From NCBI RefSeq assembly GCF_009914755.1, contig NC_060928.1: DNA of 64,000 nucleotides, one strand, 5' to 3'. Of this stretch, positions 1 through 17,278 are shown piece after piece. This stretch comes from the human T2T-CHM13v2.0 reference genome, Homo sapiens. How positions within the stretch are numbered: the stretch's first letter is position 1; every line of letters begins with the position of its first letter. The notes beneath the pieces are model-generated. The model was not told the DNA's origin. It was given only the letters and a program-made list of their open reading frames with translations, and did not search any database. A program made the position numbers and the translations under genes.

Positions 1-337
1 TGATGCTCACTAAAGAGATCTTGTGCAGTGGACAATTATTAGTTGTCTTCTCAGTGCTCATATCCCTCCTTCTTCTGTTCTGATGCCCCCAGTTAGTGTA
101 CACGTATTATGAACCAGTTTTTTACGTGTAAAAATAAATAAACAATAATAAAATGTATAAGGAAGTTTGGGTAGATCCATGAGTTGCTAGGCTAGTTACC
201 AGTCTTTATCATTCTACGTAAATAATATAGTCATTAAGAGAGACTTCTCACTGGGACATCATGAGGAAAAAAAAAAAACTATGTTTTTCTTTCCTTTTTT
301 ATTTTTTCTTCCTTCATTTAGCCAAAGAAAAGATGGG

Positions 338-1110
338 TGTGACAAATATATACATATACATATATATATATGTATATATTTGGTCTTAGTCCCTGGTTCC
401 TGATATAAGATCTTCTAAAACCCTTGGACTGTCCAGTGATGAGTGCCTTTTTGCATATTAATGAGATGATTTGAGGCTGAAAACTGCTAGAGAGCTTCAG
501 GATGAGGACTGGCTGCCAGAGGAACTAACTGCGTGATTAGAGGGTGGGAACTTACAGCCTCTAGAGAGGGGAAAGGGGCTGGAGATAGAATTCAATCACC
601 AATGACCAATGCTTTAATTAATCGTGCCCACCTAATGGAACCTCCATAAAAAGCGTAAACAATGGGCTTTGGAGAGCTTCCAGGTTGGTGCTGCGAGGGT
701 GGTGTGCCCAGAAGGGGCACTGAAGTTCTGTGCCCTCCCCCATACTGTGTCCTAAGCATCTCTTTCATTTGGCTGTTCTTGAGTTGTATCCTTTAAAATA
801 AACTGGTAAGTATGGCTAGGGTGCTTTTCTAAGTTCTGTGAACTGTTCTAGCAAATTATCAAACCTGAAGTTGGGGCCATGGAACCCCTGATTTATAGCC
901 ACTTTGTCAGAAGTACAAGTCACAACCTGGGACTTACATCTGAAATTGGGGACAGTCTTGTGGCATTTGACTTGCGGGGACTATGCTAATGCCAGGCAGT
1001 TAGTGCCAAAACTGAGTTAAATTGTCAGACACCCAGTTCATGTCTGCAGATAATTGGAGAATTGCTTGGTATGCAAAACACACATTTGATGTCAGAAGTG
1101 TTGGGAGGAT
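338..1110 (+). mobile_element. MER21B/C-like solo LTR (ERVL-class) with a short (TA/CA)n tract near its 5' end
   Basis: Colinear with remembered MER21 consensus blocks (TATATTTGGTCTT..CCTGGTTCCTG, GCTTCAGGATG..GGCTG, TCTAGCAAATTATC.AACCTGA, AGAATTGCTTGGT, TGTCAGAAGTG). Boundaries approximate. Confidence 0.8.
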
Positions 1111-1727
1111 GTAGAAAGAAAAAGAGTTTTGTTTATGTTTTTTTTTCTTTTAATGGGATAAAGGGATGTGAGCTTCCTGATAACAAGATGAATAAATAAA
1201 GGCCTGGATAGAGTCATCAGGGTAAGTTTCCACTTAAAGGATTTCACATGAAGCAGAAAACAAACAAGTTCAAATTCAAACTTTCATGATGTTCTCAGAA
1301 TCCAAACTGTAAATCTGAAGAAGATAATCAAACAGGGTTGTCTTTAAGATCAAGAAGTAAACAAAAAAATCGGAATATATTGCGATAATAGAATTCGAGA
1401 GAAAGAATAAATCATTCATTCATTCAACAAACTGTCAGGCAATATATTAGAATCTAGATATGTGACACCTTACAACCTTATTCTGAAAGAGTTTATACTC
1501 TACTGAAAGGTAAAAAGAGAAGTAGTCAAAGGAATGCTATATTGATGTGGGACACAATAGAAGTGATCCTTTCCAGTCAGGGAGAAGGATGCCAGGAAAG
1601 ATTCCAAAGAGTCATTTACAAGATTAGTGTTTGATAGGTAGATGTGGATGTTGGTGGAACTTCAAATAAATTTCTTTAACCCTTCTCTAAATAAAACCTT
1701 TCTTTCAGAGTTATTAAATCAAGATGA

Positions 1728-2186
<459 letters not shown>

Positions 2187-2959
2187 TAGTTAAATGGAAA
2201 GGTGGTAACTACTAAGTCTCCAGGCATAAAACCTATGCATAGTATATTCTCCCAAATATATCTAGCTATTAAGTGACTACAGAGCATCACAGGGTATTTC
2301 AAAGGAGTAATCAACAACTTGTGAAAAATATCAGGAAAAATTTTCACCTACAGCCACTCCAAGAGGAAAAAGAAAGTATCTGCGAAAAAATGTAATTGGA
2401 TTCCTTGGGACATATTTACATGGATTAAGCAAATATGAGTCAAAAACAAAATAAAAGCAGAAGAAACACTGATAAAAACTGTAGTAAATTTTTGAAAATT
2501 TATTTTTCCTATTTACATTGTCTGTTATTATTTTTGCCTTAGCCTATATCTCAGGAAAAGCCATATTGAGAAATGATTCACTCTAAAAGTGACTCATTAG
2601 ATGGAAATGTAAAGGAAGAACCAGTGTGATTTCTTAATTAAAGGAATTTTAAGCATAGTGTTGGTCAGTTAGGCACAATTATTTAAAAAAGCAAAATATT
2701 AAACAATCAGGAATATAATTTTGAAGTAAAATAAATTCATCTGCTTGCAGACAGTAAATAGTTTATACCTTATAGCTAATACGTAAGTTTTAAAATGACA
2801 ATATAGTTGTAAAATAGGCCCAAAAGAATACAAAATAATTTCAACCATGTAAGTTCTGAGTTTTAGTGCCTAGTAACGGTAACAGCAAATCATGATATTG
2901 AATAGTGATGATAAAAACTCAGATGTTTACATCAATCTACAGCAATTATGCTCCTACAT

Positions 2960-3180
2960 TAGGAGCTGGCAAACTTTTTCCGTAAAGGGCCAGATAGTAA
3001 ATATTTAGGGTTCATGGATTACACAGTCACTTTTGCAACTACTCAGCTCTGCCGTGGACAGCATGAAAGCAGCCACAGACAATATATAAACAAATGGGCA
3101 CGGCTGTGTTCCTACAAAACTACTGACAAAAATAGATGGTACGCGGGATTTGGCCTGTGGGCCACTTTGTGCTCACCCAA
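2960..3180 (+). mobile_element. MER58A (hAT-Charlie non-autonomous DNA transposon)
   Basis: GGCAAACTTTTTCCGTAAAGGGCCAGATAGTAAATATTT...GCAACTACTCAGCTCTGCC...GGATTTGGCCTGTGGGCC matches the remembered MER58A consensus. Confidence 0.85.
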
Positions 3181-3217
3181 ATTCTAACATCATTCATTTC
3201 TTTCAACTTTTTCCTTT

Positions 3218-3825
<608 letters not shown>

Positions 3826-4347
3826 ACTTTTGCTTCTATTTTTGCAATCATCAAAGGGCCAACCTTGCACATAAAATTTGCTATTTATTTTAAATTATTA
3901 GATCTGACCCAACTGTATCTACATAATTAACTTTTCAAATATGCACAGTCCAGAATACAAAAAAAAATCCTCAATTCCAATGGAAATCAGGAACATTTTA
4001 TATTCCAATCAAGGAAATACCAATCCACATCTATCATGTAGGTAAATATTTAAGGTTGATAGTGCCCTATGCTTGATAGTTTGTAGAGCAGTTGGAACCT
4101 CTATACTTTATTAGTGAAAATACCATTAAATAGAATGTTTTAGAGAGAAATATGGCGACATACACTCTTCCTGAAAATGTGTGGAGACTTTAATATTTCA
4201 CTCCTACCTACATACCCTGATGAAATGTTAATATAATTTTTTAAACTTTTTAAATTAAAAATTGAACATAATCTAAATATGGGCAAAGGGTACATACATG
4301 TGGCATAGTCATAGAAGATAATATCATAAAGCAGTTAGGTAAATATA

Positions 4348-4996
4348 CAGTAGATTCTCATTATGTGTGGTAGTTATGTTCTATAAAGTTGCCATGAACA
4401 CTGAATTAGTAAATACTGAATCATTGCCCCTAGAGGAAATACAGGTTCCTGTGAGCCTCTGGTCACATTTTTCTCAAATGATCAAGACATAATGTTGTTT
4501 TGTGTGTCTTTCTGTGTTTAAATACACCTTATTTAATATACTTGTTGGTTTATTAACACCAAACTCACAACTAACAGTGCTGTAACTCATGCCTGAACAA
4601 AGCTTATCTTAAACACCTGTCCTCCACTTATCCTCCGGAAGTCACATCACAGCCTTCTTGTGCTTTAGAAACATTAGACAGCCCTTCAGCATACACTTGG
4701 GAACCATTTTAAAGAGGGAAATTATGAACAGAAAGCACAACATGTAAAAAAACATGACTAAATAGAACACGAAAAGGACACCTGTTTACAGGATGACAGC
4801 TGTCAAGAAGGAGGGTCATCACCTTATTTGACCTTGGCTGAGAATATGCATTTCTCATTACGTGTATTTTTTGCCTCCTGGCATGTTCACAAATGACTGC
4901 AAAAGGACTGTTAAGTATTGACTTTGGGGTTACCAGTACATTTGAGCGCGTAGGCAAATTCACAAATATAGAAGACACAAATAATGAGGACTACTG
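4348..4996 (-). mobile_element. MER82 (TcMar-Tigger) DNA transposon, inserted in an old L1M 3' fragment
   Basis: Terminal inverted repeats CAGTAGATTCTCATTAT / ATAATGAGGACTACTG with TA on both sides. Internal sequence is colinear with MER82. Confidence 0.88.
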
Positions 4997-5559
4997 TACT
5001 ATATTTTGCATGTTTCAACATAGATCTATCTTAAAAAAACACTGAGGTGAATGAAGCAAGTTGGAGAAGGATATGTACAGCATGATACTTCAACAAATTT
5101 ATATATAATTTCAGGGATATGTGCACATGTGATAGAAATATAAAAACATTTAGGGAAATGGTAGATACCAACTTTAGGATATGGGTATGTAGGGGGAGAA
5201 AAACTAACAACAACAGTTAATTGAAAAGAAAAGTGGTGGCTCAAAGGGCAACACGCAATGGAAATGTTATTAAAAACTATAAATGCTTTTTGAAACTTCA
5301 AGGAAAATAATTACATTTTATTGTACTGAAACTCACTTCTAAAGTTTCCAAACAGAGAAGTTAAGATTGATTTTGCCAAGGATGTTAAAATATCAATACT
5401 AAACTTGCCTCTGTTTTCTGATCTTGAAAAAAAAGATGATCTGCAGGCAGTTTTTCATTTTTGCTAATTTCTAATCAATAAATATGCTGCTGTGCTTTAT
5501 CTGCCTTGTCAAACTCTATAATGAATACCCAAACAAAAATTTTTCATGCTGGTCTTAGC

Positions 5560-7140
5560 ACTTCATGAGCGGAGGCCCCAACATTATCTTAAAATCTCAC
5601 AGACTCCATGCCCCCAAAAACTTATCCTCTTCCCAGTCATCGAGTAAGTGCCTTTTCCTTTGGTTCTCTCCTTGATGAAGGCACGAACCATCCACCCACT
5701 TGGATCTGGAAGTCATCCCTCTATGTTTCCTTGCCACTTACCAAGTCCAGCTTTTATCTGTTTACTTTCCTTCCCTACCTATCACTTTAGTTTGGGCCCT
5801 TCCCACTTCTCATTTGGATTATAGCTTCCTAACTAGTCTCCCTTTCAATCCACTCTCCCTCTTGCCAGGGGTGATCTGATCTTATCTCCAGATTAAAACT
5901 GTTCAGTGGCTTTTCACCTCCTATAGTCTATAATCCATACTCTTTGGTCTCACATTAATGGCCCCAGACTATTTCCGCAGGTTCATTGCCTGCTATTTTC
6001 CTAGACACACCGCACCCTGTAAACCAAGATTTATACATGTCTATAAACATGCACTTTCTCTCACATGCCTCCCTCCCTTTGTACTCTTTTACAACACTTA
6101 AGCTCTATATTGGCTAGTCAATACATATATAATCTCTCTATGACGTCAACTCAGGCATAGCAGTAATCACCTTCCTCCTTAGTTTGTTAATTATACTACA
6201 GAGATGATTATGCTCCCTCATTTATGCACCAAATTCCATCCATACACCAATAATTCTTAATTTTTATCTTTGTCCAGACATCTCTTCTGAGTTCCAAATG
6301 TATATTCAATCATGATCTTCAATCAGCATCTTCATTTGGAAGATGGTAAAACTAAAGCACAAAGAAGTTATGGAGCACACAGCAGGGCTAGGACTCAAAC
6401 CATTAGACTATATGGTCTCCAATCAGCTAGTTACCCATACCAGGAACCTGAGAGTCATCTTTATCTCAAATAAGTCTACTTTGTCTTCATCCATTCCAGC
6501 CTTTCATATATCATTGCCTGGACAACTCTAATTGCTTCCTAATTGGTTTTCTCACTTCCACTTTTGCCTTCTTCTGATTATATTCACCATACAGAAGCCA
6601 GATTTATATTTTTAAGCAGAAATTTAATTACAGTTGTCCCTGTTTAAAACTTGTCAATGGTTTTTCATTTCATTTTGGAGATGTTCTCAAACTCTTGGCA
6701 GGCTTTCTCCAGCCTTTGTGGAGGCAGGTACTTCTGCTTCTTTCACTGGGCTTCAGCCTCCTGCAGTGGCCTCCCTTCAGTTATCCAGTCCCAGGGCCTT
6801 ATCACATGCTGTGACAATATCGGAAATGTGCATATTACCATTCCTCACTACTCTCATGTGCTTTGGTCTCAAAAGAAAGGTAGATTCCTTCAAGAGGTCT
6901 TCCCTGATGTATCAGCTTAAATCAGGCACCCTTGTTATATACTCTCAGGGCACTTTATTTTCCTTCTAAGCAATTTACACAATTACTAACTAAACACTTG
7001 AATGTTAGTTTATATTGCTTGCTAGTCTGAAGATTCCATGTATCAACTTCAACTATCAACTATCAACTTCAATATCTGAATTCTTGGATTCTAGTTCAAT
7101 ACCTGGCATGTGATAGACAATTATGTATTCTGAAAAAAAT
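5560..7140 (+). mobile_element. Degraded L2 fragments
   Basis: Pyrimidine-rich L2-like blocks (TCTCTTCTGAGTTCCA, GGAACCTGAGAGTCATCTTT, AATACCTGGCATGTGATAG 3' end). Boundaries approximate. Confidence 0.55.
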
Positions 7141-8530
7141 AATTCAGGCTAAATGCCTGATATGACAAAGAGATCATCAAAACAGACATGACTGCATGAA
7201 AAGACGAAAGGACTAACATGGTGAATTATTCAGAACATGCAAGCAAAATCAATATGTGCCCAGATGAAATAGGACCAATCACAAAATACTCATAATTTAT
7301 ATAATTTATATTCTCTCTAATTATGTCAGCTTTCAAAATCCAAGATTAACTCTAAACTGAGACTTTGACAATTTAAATTCAACTTGTTACTACTCTGAGC
7401 CTTTGATCTAAAGCACATTATTTCTCTGTGCTTCCTTTTTCCTTAAAGTAACTAAACATTTCTGTTGTAAAAAAAAAAAAAAATGAACAGCAATGGGCAT
7501 TCTAAGAGTGAAAACAAGATGGCTGAATAGGAACAGCTCCGGTCTGCAGCTCCCAGCGTGATCGATGCAGAAGACGGGTGATTTCTGCATTTCCAACTGA
7601 GGTACCTGGTTCATCTCACTGGGACTGGTTGGACAGTGGGTGCAGCCCACGGAGGGCGAGCTGAAGCAGGGCAGGGCATCGCCTCACCCGGGAAGTGCAA
7701 GGGGTCAGGGGATTTCCCTTTCCTATCCAAGAAAAGCTGTGACAGACTGTACCTGGAAAATTGGGTCACTCCTGCCCTAATACTGCAATTTTCCAACAGT
7801 CTTAGCAAATGGCACACCAGGAGATTATACCCCGCGCCTGGCTTGGGGGGGGTCCCGCGCCCACAGAGCCTTGCTCATTGCTAGTGCAGTGTCTGAGATT
7901 GAACTGCAAGGTGAAAGCCTGGCTGGGGGAGGGGCATCTGCCATCACTGAGGCTTGAGTAGGTAAACAAAGCGGCCAGGAAGCTCGAACTGGTTGGAGCC
8001 TACCGCAGCCTGCCTCTGCAGACTCTACCTCTGGGAGCAGGACACAGCTGAACAAAAGGCAGCAGAAACTTCTGCAGACTTAAACGTCCCTGTCTGACAG
8101 CTCTGAAGACAGCAGTGATTCTTCCAGCACGGTGTTTGAGCTCTGAGAGCAGACAGACTGCCTCCTCAAGTGGGTCCCTGAACTCTGTGTAGCCTAACTG
8201 GGAGACACCTCCCAGTAGGGGGCAACTGACACCTCATACCAGCCAGGTGCCCCTCTGAGATGAAGCTTCCAGAGGAAGGATCAGGCAGCAACATTTGCTG
8301 TTCTGCAATATTTGCTGTTCTGCAGCCTTTGCTGGTGATACCTAGGCAAACAGGTCTGGAGTGGACCTCCAGCAAACTCCAACAGACCTGCAGCTGAGGG
8401 ACCTGACTGTTAGAAGGAAAACTAACAAACAGAAAGGAATAGCATCAACATCAACAATAAGGACATCCACACCAAAACCCCATTTACAGGTCACCATCAT
8501 TAAAGACCAAAGGTAGATAAAACCACAAAG

Positions 8531-9552
8531 ATGGGGAGAAAACAGAGCAGAAAAGCTGGACATTCTAAAAACCAGAGTGCCTCTTCTCCAAAAGATCACA
8601 GCTCCTTGGCAGCAAAGAAACAAAGCTGGATGGAGAATGACTTTGATGAATTGACAGAAGTAGGCTTCAGAAGGTCAGTAATAACAAACTTCTTCGAGCT
8701 AAAGGAGGATGTTTGAAGCCATCGTAAGGAAGCTAAAAACCTTGAATACAGATGAGATGAATGGCTAACTAGAATACACAGTGTAGAGAAGACCTTAAAG
8801 GACCTGATGGAGCTGAAAACCATGGCACAAGAACTATGTGATGCATGCACAAGCTTCAGTAGCCGATTCGATCAACTGGAAGAAAGGGTATCAGTGATGG
8901 AAGATCAAATGAATGAAATGAAGCGAGAAGAGAAGTTTAGAGAAAAAAGAGTAAAAAGAAACAAACAAAGCATCCAAGAAATATGAGACTATGTGAAAAG
9001 ACCAAATCTACGTTTGATTGGTGTATCTGAAAGTGATGGGGAGAATGGAACCAAGTTGGAAAACACTCTGCAGGATATTATCCAGGAGAATTCCCCAACT
9101 TAGCAAGGCAGGCCAACATTCAAATTCAGGAAATACAGAGAATACCACAAAGATACTCCTCAAGAAAAGCAACCCCAAGACACATAATTGTCAGATTCAC
9201 CAAGGTTGAAATGAATGAAAAAATGTTAAGGGCAGCCAGAGAGAAAGGTCGGGTTACCCACAAAGGGAAGCCCATCAGACTAACAGCGGATCTCTCGGCA
9301 GAAACTCTACAAGCCAGAAGAGAGTGGGGGCCAATATTCAACATTCTTAACGAAAAGAATTTTCAACCCAGAATTTCATATCCAGCCAAACTAAGCTTCA
9401 CAAGTGAAAGAGAAATAAAATACTCTACAGACAAGCAAAGGCTGAGAGATTTTGTCACCACCAGGCCTGCCTTACAAGAGCTCCTGAAGGAAGCACTAAA
9501 CATGGAAAGGAACAACCAGTACCAGCCACTGCAAAAATATGACGAATTGTAA
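8531..9552 (+). pseudogene. L1 ORF1p, disrupted
   Basis: MGRKQSRK... start, and a C-terminal fragment KMLRAAREKGRVTHKGKPIRLTADLSAETLQARREW. Premature stop at 8714-8716 and further lesions. Confidence 0.93.
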
Positions 9553-9614
9553 ACACCATTGATGCTAGGAGAAACTGCATCAACCAACGGGCAAAATAAC
9601 CAGCTAACATCATA

Positions 9615-13434
<3,820 letters not shown>

Positions 13435-13877
13435 ACAATGAGAACACTTGGACACAGGGTGGGGAACATCCCACACCAGGGCCTGTCCTGGGATGGGGGG
13501 CTGGGGGAGGGATAGCATTAGGAGAAATACCTAATGCAAATGACGAGTTAATGGGTGCAGCACACAAACATGGCACATGTATACATATGTAACCAACCTG
13601 CACATTGTGCACATGTACCCTAGAACTTAAAAGTATAATAATAATAAAAAAAGAATTGCATTCTAATGCAAGCTTAAAAGCAAAAAGAAAAAAAATGAAC
13701 AGCAATGACCAAAATTTTAACTGGAGAAGAAGATAGTTTGTGAAAAGTACACTATCACCACTCTGTAGTATCAGTGAAATGGAGGAATAAAAAGCAACTC
13801 TGCCCAATATCAGACTAACATAATAATAAAAAACGATGTAAAACAGAATTTTTTTCTTATTGGACATTCTGTTCTAA

Positions 13878-14238
<361 letters not shown>

Positions 14239-15354
14239 CGCGTCACTTCTTTATTAACAATCACTGCCAATATTTTTAAAATATAATTAATTCACATAGC
14301 TACTTAAGTGAGAACACTGAGATTATGATTGAGAACTAAATGGGAAAAATACATTGAACTGGAAAATATTTCACAAAATAGAAAATATAAATTGTAAGCT
14401 TACATATGGAAATACGCAGAATTTCATTATCAATAAAGTTATAAATTCAGAACAGGGTCTTCTTTTTGGTGCTTTTGCTCATATACAAGTTTTAATTATA
14501 ATGCCTAATACTGAGTCTGATGTATGCAACTGATACCGTTATGTTTTTTAGTGGCAGAGTAAATTTTTGTAATTCTTTAGCAAAAATTTAATTTACTGAT
14601 AGGTTTAAACACCATAAATATGTTTATAACCTTTGAACTACTGAATCTGGCAATCTAACCTGAGGAAATAATTCTAAGAAATGAATCTTATGCCAAAATT
14701 GTTTGACCAAACAGTATTTATCATACTGAATAACATTGTAACACTAAAAACATCTGAAATACAGCAGTCTGGGAATGACCATCATTATTATTATGAAGCC
14801 TGAATTATTGTAGAAAGTCCTTATAACAATATGTTAAGGGGAAAAAACAGAAAACAAAATGCTTGCAAAATTTGAATATATCTTTCTTAAATATATTCAC
14901 ATAGGTGTAGGAAAAGAGGTAAAATATCATACATCAAAATGCTAAGAGTAATTAATAGTGGCAGAGAAAGGCAGGTTGGCTCTTTGTTTCTTTCCTCTAC
15001 TGTCTATTTTTGGTTTTTGCTTTGTTGCAATGCTATTTCACATCTATAATGAAGAAAAGTTAACTAAAATATCTTTAGTAGCTCCCCATTGTTTTCTAAT
15101 AAGATTTAAATTTATGAGTACCAATCTCCTATTCAAAGTCCTCAGTCTACCTCAACTTTCTCCTTGAATCTTCTACTTCCCACCTCTTATATTGTACATA
15201 GCCCTTAACAAGGCCCCTCGCAGTGGGATCAATGGTGGTGCTCATTCTGAGTTTATTTAGTGAAATGAACAAATTCTTTCTCTTTGTGAACATTTTCTGA
15301 CACACTCCCTCCTGGGGAGTAAAACATTATAGTTAAAGAAATTTGGTACTTTTT

Positions 15355-15733
<379 letters not shown>

Positions 15734-16859
15734 TTAGAAATAGGAATTAAAGTCATTGAGAGCACTATACTGGTAATGCATTTTTTTCCTCTTCTAGACA
15801 TGGATTAATGAGCCTGTTTATTTTCTGCTTATCATGTCTAAAATTAGAAAATACAGTTATTTTAATAAATCAATTTAAAGGAGTCAAAAAACTATATTCT
15901 ACAAATAGAACTTTGTTTTCTTATTTAAAATTCATTCCATTAACACTTGGCATAAAAGTAAACTTGAACATTCTCAATATTGGTTTTCAATATAATTACT
16001 AGGTACAGCTAATAATTTAGGATTGTGAGAATTAACACAATATTTAGTGATTGCCTTAAGAATCTTCTCTAGCATTTATAGGCAATTTAAGGCCCATAAA
16101 TTCTGGGTACAAGAGTCCCCAGTAGACTGGACATCTGCACCTAATAGTGTAGGGGACTGAATAAACATCTGTTATCACAATGAGCACAAAGTACAAACTT
16201 ATGGAGCCTGATAGTATGAAACTCAACATGTAATTTTCCACAGCAATATCCACATTGTAGGTAAGGTGTTAGATTCCTAGGATATCCTACTAAAGTCTAT
16301 TTAGCTAATTACTTTGTGAGTTTGGTAGGCTGGCCTGATAGGAAACTATATTCTAAACAGCATGGTTGATATATAAAACGGTCTTTAGAATGAATGTTGG
16401 GAATAAGTTGTGTGCAATCAGACACCTTTATATATAAAACACATCTAATATTGGTAGCTGAGAATAGCTGCTGTCATGATGGAGAACAATTAATACAGCC
16501 ACTATAAAAGCAATATAGAGCTTTAGCACTTAAGAAACGCTGTGAGACACAGGTTAAGAGGTAAGAACAAAAAAGACCCTTTCACTAATCCCTAGATGCT
16601 TACTAAGTTCCAGGCAGTACACCCAATTATTTACATCTATTATTAGTATCTTTGATTCTCACAAAAACTCTGCAAAGCAGGTAGTATAACATGCTATAGC
16701 ATATAAGACTAGAAAAGTGGGAAGTAATATAAGGGTAAAGAGTTCATGCTTTAGCATCAAATATATCTGATATGTATTATACGCACAATCTTGGTTAAGT
16801 TAACTAGTCTCTCTAAGCCTGCTTTCTTACCTATTAAAAAAAAAAGAAGAAGGAAAATA

Positions 16860-17278
16860 TGGTAGAATGTTACTGCTGTTCACCAAATACTGGTAAAGCC
16901 ATCCTTCCTTCTAGGCACATCCTAGGGTTGTACTCACTGTCTGATTGTGGGCCTGGGGATGGAGGTGCGGCATGTGATTAGCTCTGGCCAATGGGTTCTG
17001 AGCAGAAGGAATGGAGTTACTTCTGGACCACCAGAGCATTTCATTGTTACTGCAAGGTCCTACAGAACTCTTTCCTTTTCCTTGGGTACAATAACTGGTT
17101 ACATTTGCGAGGGGCTGCTCTGTCAGGCCAGGTGCCTGAGTGACCAGCAAGAGCAGAGTCTCCCTGTTAATCTAAATTGGGCAGGCAGCATGAGCAAGAA
17201 AAAAAAATGTTGTCTTAAGCCATTAAGATAATGGGATTGTTTATTACTGAAGTATAACCAAGACTATTCAGGCTGAAT
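16860..17278 (+). mobile_element. MLT1 (J/K-like) MaLR solo LTR interrupting a MIR
   Basis: CATGTGA.TAGCTCTGGCCAATG...GAGCAGAAG...GCATGAGCAAGAA...TTAAGCCATT..GAT...TTGTTTATTACTG motifs. MIR halves at about 16720-16840 and 17285-17395. Confidence 0.7.

Noticed and set aside
7825-7944. ORF0 in the first L1 (MADAPPPARLSPCSSISD...)
   Set aside because: It shifts out of the ORF0 frame after about 18 codons and terminates early.
8291-8326. Tandem ATTTGCTGTTCTGCA duplication in the L1 5'UTR
   Set aside because: As I recall it, this is a feature of the L1PA5/6-age 5'UTR consensus rather than a locus-specific event.
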